A program made the position numbers and the translations under genes. From Octopus bimaculoides (taxonomy: Eukaryota): a DNA stretch of 64,000 nucleotides. The notes below the pieces were generated by a model. That model was not told the DNA's origin, searched no databases, and saw only the letters and a program-made list of their open reading frames with translations. Positions within the stretch are counted from its first letter, which is position 1. Every line of letters starts with the position of its first letter. Shown here piece by piece: positions 12,095-25,385 of this stretch. The DNA is taken from NCBI RefSeq assembly GCF_001194135.2, contig NC_068982.1:66651073-66715072 (forward strand). Reading direction: 5' to 3'.

Positions 12095-12275
12095 AGGCTT
12101 GAAAATTGGGGAGGAGTTCGCTGATTACATCAGCCACAAAACTTGACTTGTATTTTATTTTATCAACCCCGGAGGAATGAATGGCAAAATCGATTTCAGT
12201 GGGATATGAACTCGGTAAAGAACCGGATGAAATTCCGCAAGGTATTTTTGTCCAGGCCCAACCGATTTTACCAAT
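12095..12275 (-). mobile_element. Degenerate SINE family C copy
   Basis: Diverged match to the GTCGACTTTGCCTTTCATCCTTTCGGGGTCGATAAA family seen best at 36120-36525. Confidence 0.6.
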
Positions 12276-12358
12276 CCACTTTTCACATAATGTTAAAATA
12301 ATCGCGTGTGTATTATAAAATTTTTCTTAGACATTTTGGTACTCATGTATCTAAAATG

Positions 12359-13378
12359 TTACCATTGATAAAGTGATTGAGTTTTTTCCTCAGAAAAGAG
12401 GAATTCTTTGGATTCTTCCATAGAATAAATTGAATCAGACAACTTCATTTTGCTGTGAATCTCATCAAGTTTCAAATGCAAAAAGGCCCGACACCATAAC
12501 ATATGAATAAGTTCAGTATTATCAATATCCTCTATAAAAGTTAGAATCTTCTGATGAAAACGAGGATAAAGTGATTTTATCAAAGGGAAAAACCGTTTTA
12601 TCAAAATCTTTTTATGAACTTTTGACGTTAAAGGAGCACTGCTAAGTTCACTGAAAATGTTTCCTCCTTGTCCTTGTATTACGATCTGCGGAGATATTTC
12701 TTCTGTTATTCTTTCATCGTCATCAGTGGGTATTTGGTCACCTTCAAGGGTCGAGAATAAATCTTCTCCCAGCAGATGGCGCTCATCTGGAAGCTCAACT
12801 GATTTGTTTAGATTGACGAAACTGTTTTTCACTGCATGTGGTTCTTTCACAGAATAAGCTATTATCTGAGAACGAATTTCATCAATGTGCATTGTGCGGC
12901 AGTCAGCGCATTGTAAGAGATGAAGAATAGCCGAGTTCTCCAAATTTGCCAGTTCATTTGTAATAATATCGGCAATATCTGCACAGTGATGTTGTAGGAC
13001 AACCAAAAGTCGTATTTTGAGTAAACTGTTCAAAGGTTGGCGTCCAGTGAGTAATTGGTGTAGAACGTTATTAGGTTGCGAAAAGTCTTTACATATATCA
13101 ATAACCATAAGAGCCTCTTTCATTCGAATATCAAAGAAGTAACGACAGTCTAACATATGGAACAATTCAGAATAATGGAATGTAGACGCCATTACATAGA
13201 TGATTTCTTTGGCTATTTCAGGATAGAGGCTCTTAATTGTCGGGTACAATAGCTCACCGACTATAACCATTCTTTCTGCTGGGCAGGCCCTGATTAAGGA
13301 ATTTAGAAACTTACGGTTTGTGTTCAGGGATTGTGAAATCGTATTCTGTGATCTCGTTTCAGATTTTATGGAAGACAT
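12359..13378 (-). CDS. 339-aa protein of tandem PABC/MLLE-like domains (three full and one partial), with no RRM
   Basis: The only long non-repeat ORF in the window. Domains: aa24-94 (ERMVIVGELLYPTIKSLYPEIAKEII...SELFHML), aa105-174 (IADIITNELANLENSAILHLL), partial aa187-230 (ERHLLGEDLFSTL) and aa241-311 (LSSAP...KKILIKRFFPLIKSLYPRFHQKILTFIEDIDNTELIHML). These align by eye to the PABPC1 C-terminus ([48 protein letters not shown]). An in-frame TGA at 13391-13393 with no AG before the ATG supports this start. Confidence 0.8.
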   Translation of the reverse strand: MSSIKSETRSQNTISQSLNTNRKFLNSLIRACPAERMVIVGELLYPTIKSLYPEIAKEIIYVMASTFHYSELFHMLDCRYFFDIRMKEALMVIDICKDFSQPNNVLHQLLTGRQPLNSLLKIRLLVVLQHHCADIADIITNELANLENSAILHLLQCADCRTMHIDEIRSQIIAYSVKEPHAVKNSFVNLNKSVELPDERHLLGEDLFSTLEGDQIPTDDDERITEEISPQIVIQGQGGNIFSELSSAPLTSKVHKKILIKRFFPLIKSLYPRFHQKILTFIEDIDNTELIHMLWCRAFLHLKLDEIHSKMKLSDSIYSMEESKEFLFSEEKTQSLYQW

Positions 13379-13816
13379 GTTAATAAAAAGTCACTTCAGG
13401 ATGGCACAAACTTTGCTGACAATTGACCCTGCAAACCTCAAAATTAATCTGAAATCAAGAACAATAGGACAGTCTGTAAAAATTTAACACATACAAGAAG
13501 AAAACTAATCATAACTTTATTAATACTGGCTAATATGTGTGGTACAGTTTCAAATATTCAAAGTTGAAAGCCTAATTACCTCGGTTCACTAACTATTTAG
13601 AATAGGTTCACGTTTTCTACATTCATCCTTATATATCCTTCAAAAACTATAAAAAATTACAGGTGACGTCATCTATCAAAATTACCCTTAAAAATGGGTG
13701 GGGAAACTGAAGAAAATATTTATATACACTTAATTTCCACTAAGTAAGCTCAGTTTATAAACAGTTACATTTAGATTTCCTCTCTCTATATGTATGTGGT
13801 TAACATACATACGTAT

Positions 13817-13995
13817 GTATGTGGTTAACAAGCTCACTTTGCAACTACGTGGTTCTGGATTCAGTCCTACTTTGGGAATAGAGCCCTCTACTACTCATCA
13901 CAGGCTGACCAATGCCTTATGAATGAATTTGCTAGACGAAAACTATGTGAAAGTCCAGCGTGTTTCTTTGTGTGTGTGTGTGTGTGTGTGTGTGT
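13817..13995 (+). mobile_element. SINE family B (CORE-like), 5' part running into a gap
   Basis: Diverged tRNA-like head and central segment followed by (GT)n. Confidence 0.6.
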
Positions 13996-14395
13996 NNNNN
14001 NNNNNNNNNNNNNNNNNNNNNNNNNNNNNNNNNNNNNNNNNNNNNNNNNNNNNNNNNNNNNNNNNNNNNNNNNNNNNNNNNNNNNNNNNNNNNNNNNNNN
14101 NNNNNNNNNNNNNNNNNNNNNNNNNNNNNNNNNNNNNNNNNNNNNNNNNNNNNNNNNNNNNNNNNNNNNNNNNNNNNNNNNNNNNNNNNNNNNNNNNNNN
14201 NNNNNNNNNNNNNNNNNNNNNNNNNNNNNNNNNNNNNNNNNNNNNNNNNNNNNNNNNNNNNNNNNNNNNNNNNNNNNNNNNNNNNNNNNNNNNNNNNNNN
14301 NNNNNNNNNNNNNNNNNNNNNNNNNNNNNNNNNNNNNNNNNNNNNNNNNNNNNNNNNNNNNNNNNNNNNNNNNNNGAGAGAGAGAGAGAGAGAGA

Positions 14396-14470
14396 AGAGA
14401 GAGAAAGGCAAGAGAGAGAAAGGCAAGAGAGAGAAAGGCAAGAGAGAGAAAGGCAAGAGAGAGGGGCAAG
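14396..14470. repeat. 15-bp minisatellite (AGAGAGAGAAAGGCA)x4-5
   Basis: Direct reading. Confidence 0.95.
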
Positions 14471-17400
14471 ATGACTTCGATAGGATTCGAACCCTGATCG
14501 CAGAAAAAGAAAGGCATTAAATAGTGACGATTTGTCGCTTTACCGCTTCACCCAATCCACCGTCCTTGTTCCTCTAACAGCGCAAACATATCTCAGTGCA
14601 TTATCGATTGCTCAAGTGGACGATTGCAAGATCAAGGAGCATCATGATAGCTTGTTCAAATATTTGTAGTTGCCCCACAATGTTTGCTGCTATTAATTGC
14701 TCTGCCTCAGATTTTGTTAATTGACGAGAGCTGCCATAATGTTTATCGATTTTTTTGTTTCGTCTACAAAACAGAAGAACAGAACTCGTATTTGCATAAG
14801 TCGTAGAGAAGGGATATTCTACCAACGCCGAGTGTTTCACTTGACTGAAGGTGCTGAACTCAAATCTTCAGAATAGTCTCGATAAGCCCAGAGAGAACCG
14901 TCTATCTAGATCAGTTGTAAATTCAATATTTCATCGCCAGTGTTATAATAAAATTAAAATGGAACGCGACCGTATTTGAACACCGATATATTGAATTTGT
15001 TCCAATGAAGAATATGCAGGTCAGCTATTTATTTTTTAAAAAAATAAACCAGTTTTCTTTTCATTTTATCTAATGAGTCATTTTCGAATAAATACGATGT
15101 AATACAAGTGCCATAATACATAATGACAGCAGAGGCCACAACATAGTCAATACTATGAAGTTCATCCTTCTCTCAGCAACAACCAGGAGAAATCGAAAAC
15201 ATTGAACTGGCAATTGAAAATTTTCAGCTGCTGTACAGCGCACACTTCGTTATTCCATTACCGTAGTACATATTTACAGCTAAGCTAGAGGAATCCTCGA
15301 CGTGATCGCTCGACCTGCTAAAAGTAACATCCAAATCTCCATCAAATTACATTTTACCAACTAAAGGAAGAACACTGGATAATGTTTATAATCTAACAAA
15401 AAAAGTTGTTAGAGAGAGAGGCTGATCATAAACTGAATGTCTTCGCTCATAATAGATCTGCTCGTTCAGAGCTGATCTGGAATTAAACAGCAATCCCGAT
15501 ACAGCTGGAAATGTGATGTCGACAGTTGAGTGTCTTGGCCATTAACACACCGCTAAGGAGACCACCACCAATTAAATGACTTCAGAATTTGGCTGGAACT
15601 ATAGGACTATTTTAATTGATCTTCAGAGAAGGAAGAGCAAAGATGACTTCGGTGGGAATCGCACCCTGAACGAAAAAAAGGTTTCAGCAAAATTTAAATA
15701 TTCGTTATTTTCATATTGACACGTCAACTGTTATAAATGAAGAGTGTAATGTTAGCTGCCATTATATGCAAGTTAACGTGTCAACTGCACGAAAGAATAA
15801 GTGACCTGACAAATTAACAAGAAGCATCTACGTGGTCACTTGACTTACTAGAAATAACAACCAAATCCTCAACTCAGTACAAACTCAGTACCGGACGGAG
15901 AAGCCTAGGAGTTTGCCTTCCTTCACTGGTCCCTCATGCCTACAGAGCAGAGCCAAAAGTGTCCCCACCACCAATAAAAGCGTTGCCTGCGCTTGGACTG
16001 ATCTCCCCCAGCCCTCTTCCCTAGCTACACAGCTCACTTAACTCTTAAAAAGGATATTTTTAATACGGTTTACTGTTCCAAATATAAAAGACTCACTGAC
16101 TGGGTATAAAGCACCTTTGATTACTGATCCGCTTGATCAAGATGTGGAGCTAAAGACTTTTTTTTTCTTTTTAGCAGAACGAACCCAGTCTCTAGTCGTT
16201 CATTTCCACTGCCTCTGATCACGCACAATATCTTCAGCAATTTACCACATGCATTTTTTAATGGGCCAATGAAAATGACATTCAATTCCTAGATGAACAA
16301 TCACGATTTTTGTCTCATCACTGGCAATGTGCTTAGAGCATGGACAAAGCACAGGAATCTCTTTTCTCTCGTTTAACTGATAGTAAAGCAGTTAAGAAAA
16401 GGAAGTGAATAAATCGATGAGTGCTGAACAAACTGGATTAACCTGTAGTTAGGCGGTCCAACAACTACAGATAACATTTCCTTTCTATTGACAACAAATT
16501 GCTGTTTGAAATCGTAACAAGTAGCAATCGAAATGTCCTCAGGACTAATTTATGATAGATTTATTATTTTGAAGATTCAACATTGACGAGTTCAAAATTC
16601 GTCCTTTCAACTTCGCCTTTTAGCTTTTCGATTCGACAAAATAAGTACCAATCGAGTACTGGAGTCAATAGAATTGATTATACCTGTCTTCTAAATTCGA
16701 ATGTTTTGTCCTTATGTTAGAAATCAATTTCTTTCGGTGACCTAAGAAACTGATAGAGTTTCGATTTCAAGAAGCAGTCATTTCATTTAAAAAAAAAAAA
16801 ATTAAAATAAAATAAAAAATCGTTACGAGCCAACAATGGAAACTTTACGTGGCTGTTTGACCAGCTAGCAATATCAACCAAATTTCCTTCAAACAACACT
16901 GTCATACAAGGCGTAAAACAAAGTTCCAGATAGCGCTAATAAATGTGGGGATCATGGGTTCGTGCAATGGTTAATCTTGGGCTAAACAACATACAGGCTT
17001 TGATATCTATGTAGAGTCAATAACTGCCAGAGATAACCAACTGAGGAATGTGCGAGCCAGTTAGTTGGAGGGTCAGTTTGCATTGGTACTGCATCCAAAA
17101 CAAAGACGACTTTTAATAGTCCAATACAATAGAGTAGGTAGTAGAAGCAATTTACTAGTGACGAGTGATTCGTTAGTTGATAGGTGTGGGACTCAAATAT
17201 TGAGTCTCGTTGGGAAAGCGTCGTTTTAAGATATATTTCTCAAGATAGGATTTATCACTAATAGATTAGGATAAAGTAATAGAATTGATGATTTGTCACA
17301 ATTACTACAAATATAGCACACAAAGTCCTATACTTTAAACGGAACCTGTAGCATTTATTTCTATGGGAGGGGAATGGGTTCAGCGAATCGAAACCGCACT

Positions 17401-17471
17401 ATTGATGCCATTTAATCGATAAGTTAATTTCGACAACTGAGGAGTTAAAAATCGTCAAAAGAAAAATTACC

Positions 17472-17520
<49 letters not shown>

Positions 17521-17873
17521 CATAGAACTCTGCCTATGGTGTAGCTATTAGCCGTTTTAGGTAACTGAATGAAATTAGAAAGGGTGTTCCATGATCAAAT
17601 CTTACAAAGGTGAAAATTCGCAGCGACCAAGTTTGTACCTATGTTAGAAACCAATGCGTTTTGCATTACTACAAATTCACAACTATAGGTATAAAACAAT
17701 ATTCGACGAGCACTTATTTCATCGATTCCTGGAAGGATTAAAGGCTAAATCGACCTCAGCGGGATTTGAACGCAGAATGCACCTAAATGTTGTATGGTAT
17801 TGCCCGAAGCGCTCACGATTTTGCAAGTCAACTATTGGAGTTAAATCCTCATGTTGTACTCATCTATCTTACA

Positions 17874-18248
17874 TTCTTTTACTAGTTTCAGTCATTTGAC
17901 CTGCGGCCATGCTGGAGCACCGCCTTAAAGGGTTTTAGTGGAAGAAATCGATCCTAGGACTTATTCTTTTATAAGCCTAATACTTATTCTACTTGTCTCT
18001 TTTGTCGAACCGCTAAGTTACGCGGACGTAAACACAACACCAGTTGTCAAGCGATGGTGGGGGACAAACACAGACACAAAGACAGACATACAGACAGACA
18101 GACACGGGGTGGGGCTTCTTTCAGTTTCTGTCTACCAAATTCACTCACAATGTTTTGGTTGGCCCGAGGCTACAGTAGAAGACACTAAAAGGGTACCATG
18201 CAGTAGGACGGAACACGGAACAATGTGATTAGGAAGCAAGCTTCTTGC
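17874..18248 (-). mobile_element. SINE family B (tRNA head, CORE-like segment, central microsatellite, conserved tail)
   Basis: Tail GGCGGTGCTCCAGCATGGCCGCAG..AAATGACTGAAAC on the minus strand. Homologous to the other family B copies. Confidence 0.85.
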
Positions 18249-20440
18249 TCTATCAGTGCTGATGTGGGTCTGAACAACGAAAGACTATCAGGCCGAAACT
18301 CTTATAAAAATATAATAAATATGTACTCTACTAAAAACTATAAAGTAATTCTTCAGCTTAATGTTAAATTGTTTTTATTAAAACTTGACCTAAAAATAAA
18401 CATACATTGTGTGTGTGTGTGTGTGTGTGTGAGGTTGGGGAGTGGAAGAGAGAAAGAGAGAGAAACTTTAGCATTCAACTCATCATAAAGTTAATAGTTG
18501 AATTATCTTCAACACGAAAAGATCTAAACGATATTATATTAAAAACAGTATGGTGTCGCCGAAGACTGGGATTTTAGAATCCCTCGTGTCACATTCCTAG
18601 ATAAAACAATAATCACCCGGCCACCAATCAAGTCCTACAATGGTAAACATTTTTTAAAGCCGAACTGACGATACTGTTAGATGGATGTTAATCTTATCAC
18701 CCCTATTAAAATAACAAGCACTTTGTCCTTTTCACTCCTTTAAGAGTATTCAAAAAATCTTATATATGTCCGTTATAAATCTTGATAAAGAGCCAAACGC
18801 TCTGTAAGCGAATTTGTTTTTCTTTTCCCATGGAAAACTTAAGTGGCTGAAAGAATATCTGGTTAACCTTACACAAATTTCAAAGACACCGGAGTAAGAG
18901 AGATAGTGCACTACTAGATGAAATACTCTTCAATGCGAGTTCAAATCAGGCGAGGTTGCCTGTCTTTCATCTTTCCAAATATGAAAGTAAAATGCCAGTA
19001 ATATAAGAGGGTCGATTAAATCAACTATAACTCCATACATGCTAACTTTGCATCACAATGAAAAATATCAACTCTGTTTAACGATTTCAGATTGGAAAAT
19101 AGCTGCAAATCTTACGTTACGACTCTAGCTTTGGACAATGTAGATATTCAAGACATTCAGAGTTGGAAATGAACGAAATGTAGCATTGATATAAATATTG
19201 CAAAAATATACATTGTAAAAAATGAGGTTAATATTTCTTTTCTTTTTCTTTGTTCTACAACGCTTTTTGGTCGAGGAGTCTATTCATTCGATTTACCCGT
19301 ATTTTAAAATACCTAAAAGAAAATGAACTTGAATTAATAAGACATTAATCCAGATGCGATAATGTATCAAGCAATTCATTTACTGCTGCTCCAACCTCAC
19401 CAATCTACATTATTAATTGTTTAAACCTAGGTCAGCCTAGATCAAGCAGACCTACGAACAACGGTGTTTGTATGCTGCTCAAAGCTATCCTAAACAACAA
19501 TACCCTGGATACTCTATATGATTTCTTTTTAAGACAATCGGAGTGAGGAAGTGACTTGGCTGCCATTTCTTATAGGTCGTGTGACCACATATAAACTTTG
19601 TTTTGTTCATTAGTAATTTTATATCTCGAAGTCCTGAGTCATCGCTGAAGGGTGACAAAGGTTTGACGAACAGATATAAACTAGGAACTCGATATCGATT
19701 TTCCGTTGCAGCCATTTCACTACACATGTCTATCATACTCTTGAGAAAAGTCACGAATGCCAGCAACCTCATTTCGTCAACCCTATAGTCTTACCATTGT
19801 CGATCAAGACAGACCATAGAACCATTCACAATGTTTTGATATTCTGACAACTTTTTTTTTTTACACTACGAAGACTAATTTCAGTCTAAGACAGGAAAGA
19901 ATCAAGAGGCGTAGCAAAGAATGTGACAACCAAATTTCACGATCCAGCTTTCGGTGATGTGACAGTGCTGAAAATAATTTCTAACAAAGGCACACAACTT
20001 CATATTTGAGGTATGAATATAATCGATTAGCTCGATTTAGTATTCAACCTGTACCTGCTAACTTATTTGATCGAGCCCGGTAACATGGAAGTTTATCCTG
20101 CCGGAATTTGAACTCAGAACGTAAAGCTATGCAACAAATACTGCATATCTACCAATCCATCCAACAGCACTACTAATATTTGCTTCTCTCATAAGCACGG
20201 GGCCTCAAATTTGGGGCTGAGGAGGTCAGTACTTGACTAGTATTACACTTCATTGACTCCAGAGAGATGAAAAGCAAAGTGGATATCGGCAGGATTTGAA
20301 CTCGGAAGGTAAAGAATATGCAAAGCATTTTTTCCAACGCTTAAATCTATCTGTTAATTCACTGTCCGAAAACGCGTTAATAATGGTTTCTAATTTTAGG
20401 CACTAGGCCAGCAGTTTTTTGGGGTGATAGTACTTTATAT

Positions 20441-20826
20441 TTGTTGTTGGCACTCCGTCGCTTACGACGTCGAGGGTTCCAGTTGATCCGATCGATGGAA
20501 CAGCCTGCTCGTGAAATTAACGTGCAAGTGGCTGAGCACTCCACAGACACGTGTACCCTTAACGTAGTTCTCGAAGATATTCAGCGTGACACAATGTGAC
20601 AAGGCTGACCCTTTGAATTACAGGCACAACAGAAACAAGGAGTAAGAGTGAGAGAAAGTTGTAATGAAAGAATACAGCAGGGTTCGCCACCATCCCCTGC
20701 CGGAGCCTCGTGGAGCTTTAGGTGTTTTCGCTCAATAAACACTCACAACGCCCAGTCTGGGAATCGAAACCGCGATCCTATGACCGCAAGTCCGCTGCCC
20801 TAAACACTGGGCCATTGTGCCTCCAC
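20441..20826 (-). mobile_element. SINE family A, full length with TSD
   Basis: Near-identical to 5553-5927. Flanked by an ACTTTATAT duplication. Confidence 0.92.
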
Positions 20827-20829
20827 ACT

Positions 20830-22480
20830 TTATATTATCGACCGCAAATAAATGAAAGGCAAATTGACCTTGACGGGATTTAAAGTCAGCACGAGACAAA
20901 GGTCGCAAAGCATTTACCCGATGCTTTAACCAATCTGTCATCATTGCTGCTAAAAACACGAAGCATAAAATTTGGCAGAAAGGGGAGGTTTATTACATCG
21001 AACGCACTGCTTAACTAGTACTTGTTTCATCGACCCCGAAAGGATGAAAGGTAAAGTCGACACCGGCAGAATTTGAACAAAACGGAAAGATGGGCGAAAT
21101 GCTGGTAAACATTTTGCCCGGCGTACTAACGATTGTTAGGTCGCCGCCTCGACAGTACTAATAAATTAGCAAAGCAACAAATAAGGTAGCAGTGAATGCT
21201 CGTCAAACTGAGTCCACCAAAGTAGGAAGGATCTGAATTCATTAACAGAAAATGTTAAAAAAAAAGAAACTAATTTAAACCCTACGGAAAGGAAAAGGTA
21301 AATTATCATGAAACCAAAAATCTTCAGAAAGTCTTTTCAATCGTGTTTGAAATATTTACTCTAAACATACGTCATCGTCGATGTCTATCATCATATGCAT
21401 TTCACTCCGAACAGATACCAAGGAACTACATTAAAAATTTTTTATGGTTTAGATGATGAAATATTAACGATGAAAAATGGGCGTTCAGTCAGTATGTCGG
21501 TCCGGGGCTCAGTGAAGCCAAAAGGGTTTGTGGCTATTGTCTGTTGGGCCCTCCTAAAAACAGTCCTATTGAAATTTAAGATGACGTACATTTCCTGGGG
21601 CCTGATAATTAAGATTACTCGTATCTTCTGAAGCCTAGTAAATAAGATGACCAACGTCTCCCGTATCTCTTGGATACTCAGAGAAAGACACCGCCAACGA
21701 ACCATTTCAAGGTCTCCAAGACTGATGGCAGAAAGAAAGACTTATGAGATCTGGCCCAAAATGAAAATAACGCAAGCCAACATTTGCTCATTATAAATAG
21801 CCATAGGTAGGAATAAACCTCCCCATTTCGTGATTTTTTTTTCATTATCACTTCAAAACCCAGCTATGTTTAACTGAGGACCTGTAGAATTAACGTCCAT
21901 TATTGCTAGGAAATATACCCAAATATGTCGACGTAACATTGCTAAAAATAATTCTAATTTAGACACAAGGCCAGCAATTATGTTAGCCCACATGGGTAAT
22001 AAAAAAAAAAAACAGACCCCAGTACTTGCCTAATACTTCTATTTTATTGATCCTAAAAGAATGAAAGGTAAAGTTGATTTCAGCGTGATTTGATCTCAGA
22101 ACGTAAAGAGCCAGAAGAAATGTCGCAAGCATTTTGTCCAACGTCAAAGCTTCTACCAAAAAGACCCCGAAAGGATGAAAGGTAAAGTCGACCTCGGCCG
22201 AATCTGAGCTCACAGCGTAAAGACGGACGAAATGCTGCAAAGCATTTTGTTCGACGTGCTAACAATTCTGACTGCTCACCGCCTCAATAATAATAGTTTC
22301 AAGTTTTGGTACAAATCAGCAGTTTTAGAGAGAGGGTTTAGTCGATGACATCAGCCCTAGTATTCGGCTGCTGCTTATTTTTATCGATCCTGAAAGGGTA
22401 GGATACAAAACTGACCTCGGTGGTATTTCAGTTAGGAAACGCAGTGAACCAGAAGAAATGCCACCAAGCATATTTTCCCG
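20830..22480 (-). mobile_element. Cluster of degenerate SINE family C copies
   Basis: Repeated GACCCCGAAAGGATGAAAGGTAAAGTCGAC-like blocks at about 21030, 22050, 22165 and 22385, mixed with unassigned sequence. Confidence 0.7.
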
Positions 22481-23639
22481 ATGCTCGTCATTTTGATATT
22501 ATTATTCTTAATATACTGGCAGAAAGCTATAACTTAAGTACTGTACGATTGGTTTGATTGGCCTAATTATATAACAGCTACCTGTACAAATTTAAAGTAG
22601 CGAATTGACAGAGTTATAAGAAAGTTGAATAGGGTGCCTTGTATTTTTCGCATCCCAATAAAGTGGTGACTGTTCTCTCAAGTGTTGCGACCAACAGCAA
22701 GCATTAAGAATTTGAAAAACAGATGGAAATGTAGTTTCCATGGTTCGATCCGAAGATCGTCTGCCGCTACTACTTACATAAACTAACGAGGGAAGCATAT
22801 ACATGGTCGTTTGATTTGCTAGAAATAAAGTTTCTCTCATCACATCCAGTCACTATGAAAAGGCATTAGACGATGTGGCTCCAAATATCTCTTTAAAGAT
22901 GGGCTGTTCACAGTTGGAATGCTTTATCAGGGTTACTCTGGGTCTAAACAGCAATAGTTATTTATCGAACATGGAGGAATGGAAAGCAAAGCTTAGAAGT
23001 GGCGGAGTTTCAGTAAAAAATAAAAGGGTACAGACTATATAGCAGCAGGCATGGTCATGTAATTAAGTAGTTCGATTCTTGGAATTTGAACTCGGGAGCA
23101 GAAAGAAACGTATCTAAATATTGCATAGCATTCTCTTCCAACAACTATATTCTACGTTCGAATCTTGCCAAAGTCATCAAAATAAGTGCTTGTAAAATTC
23201 TAGGCAGAGTCAATTGACTAACTACATTTTTCTCTCCAGATTACGAATCCTTGTTCCAATGTAAATTACAATTTCCTTGCAGCCATTTATAATTGTACGA
23301 CGAGGTGAAGTAAGGTTAACTAAATTAATGAATACGACATCCACACTTAAAGCACTTTAAGTATTTAATTGGCAGATACAATAACTACCCTCTAATTAAA
23401 CATGGCCACTAACACTAGCTTATAAAAGAGACAGACTTGGTTTCTTGAAATAGTGGGAGTTTAAAGATAGAGTCGGTCAAGTTTTCAATTGTGATTAATT
23501 ACTGAAAATTAACACTCATTTCGACAAATATGGTGGAATATACAGTACCATCAATTGTAGATTATTAATTTCTTGGTTAAAATGATATAATACTACCTAT
23601 TTTTTTTTAAGTACAGAATATTGATTGCAATATGGTGTG

Positions 23640-23850
23640 TTACGAGGCGGAGAGCTGGCAGAATCGTTAGCACACCGGGCCAAATGCTTGGCATTTCGTC
23701 CGTCTTTACATTCAGAGTTCAAATTCCACCGAGATCGACTTTGCTTTTCATCCTTTCGAGGTCGATAAAATGAATACTAGTTGAGTACTGGGGGCCGATG
23801 TAATCGACTACCCCACCCTGAACTTGCAGGCATTGTGCCAAAATTTGAAA
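23640..23850 (+). mobile_element. SINE family C copy
   Basis: GAGCTGGCAGAATCGTTAGCACACCGGGC...GATCGACTTTGCTTTTCATCCTTTCGAGGTCGATAAAA. Confidence 0.85.
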
Positions 23851-23909
23851 GTTGAAATCAATATGGTGCGTTACTGAGGGAAACCTATCTAATTTAAAAT
23901 ATACAACAG

Positions 23910-24270
23910 TATAGGTGTTGGCATGGTTGTGCGGTTAAGGAGTTTGCTTTGCAGCCATGTAGTTTCAGGTTCAGTTCCACTGTGCAGCACTTTGGACAAG
24001 TATCTTCTGTTATAGACACGTAAGTGAATTGGCAGACGGAAACTGCACGGAAGCTCATCATGTGTTTATAAGTGCGTGGCTGTTTGTCTCTCTCAACTTG
24101 AAAACCTGTTAGTTTGTTTACATCCCTATGACTTAGCATTTAGGGTGGAGGGGTAAGAATACCGATAGAATAAGTATCAGACCTCAAATAAGTAGTGGAA
24201 TCGATTTCATCGAGCAATACCACCCTCACTACGTGGTGCCCCAGCATGGCCACGGTCCAATGATCAGAGT
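23910..24270 (+). mobile_element. SINE family B copy
   Basis: tRNA-like head, GCACTTTGGACAAGT CORE-like segment and tail. Confidence 0.8.
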
Positions 24271-24665
24271 ATATACAAAACTGAGGACACTGACTTGGTT
24301 AACTTAAGAGCGAAAGATTGTTCCTGACTAAATATTTTTTTCCAATTTCAGTACAATGCCAGCAATTTTAAAAGCAACGGGAAATCCAATTACATCGACC
24401 TCGGTACTCAACTGCTATTTACGTTATCGACCCCGAAAGGATGAATGGCAAAGTCGACCTCAGCAGAATTTGAACTCAACGGAAAACGTCGGAATTAGAG
24501 AAGATAGTATTGATTCCTTACTTAGGAGCACAAATATATGGAAGAGATAAAGATTAGGCAATATCCAAGTCCTTTACATTTAATAGATTTGTTGCCAATA
24601 GTAAATTGCTCGCAGAGAAAGGTCCTCAGGAACTTAAGAAGGGTCATACTCACCAAATATTAATA

Positions 24666-24850
24666 CTGTATTTGATGGCATATAAGACGCACACTTTTCT
24701 TTCTAAAAAAAAAAAAAAAAAAAAATATCCCCAAATAAAATAAATAAATAAATCACCCCGGGTCTTCTATGCGAAGCTGAGCCTCCCCATAAGTTCTTCG
24801 GAATATGCGCTGCCGAAATTAGGTTGCGTCTCTTGCGCCAGCAAATACCG
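24666..24850. mobile_element. Tc1/pogo-type MITE with TA target duplication
   Basis: TIRs are CTGTATTTGATGGCATATAAGACGCA and (reverse complement) CGGTATTTGCTGGCGCAAGAGACGCA, with TA on both sides. A related, older copy is at 56333-56516. Confidence 0.8.
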
Positions 24851-25249
24851 TATAAACAATTTTAGTCAACGAACCACATCAATCGGGCCAAAATTGTAGA
24901 GTAAATTAGTCACCTTCCAACACAGAAGTTAAAAAAAAAACAACTTTCAACAGTAGGAAGAGGAGAGTGAACTCTGAATAACAATATCAAAATAGTGACT
25001 GCTGTATCAAGGCGTGTTTGATTACCTGTTGCGCTATGAAGGTGGACGTGATGTTGCCCACATTGACATTCGACTACGTTTAAGACAAGCCCAGCAGTTA
25101 GTACCATAACTATATATACAGTCAGTAGAAATTGATAAAGAACGAAAACTAGGCCTCGTTTAAAACAAAGTATATAACAAGTTTATATAAAGTGGAATTA
25201 AATAACTTTATCGACAAGAGGCATACCTGTTCACCTCTTGTCTAACCGA

Positions 25250-25385
25250 CCAATCACCTAGACTGTAACAAATACCTGTCGGAAGTTGTCACATGGTATA
25301 AAACAGGTGTGCTAATTTTTTCTTTTCTTCTTCTTGGTATTATAGTCCGTGTCCCACATCCTGGTGTGAATGAGGTAGGTAAGCC
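25250..25385 (+). promoter_or_regulatory. Candidate Pol II promoter cluster (CCAAT, ETS, TATA) with a downstream splice donor
   Basis: CCAAT 25250-25254, CGGAAGT 25280-25286, TATAAAA 25297-25303 and AG|GTAAGC at 25379. Motif match only. Confidence 0.3.

Noticed and set aside
13891-14520. Several 170-210 aa ORFs
   Set aside because: They span an N gap and microsatellites.
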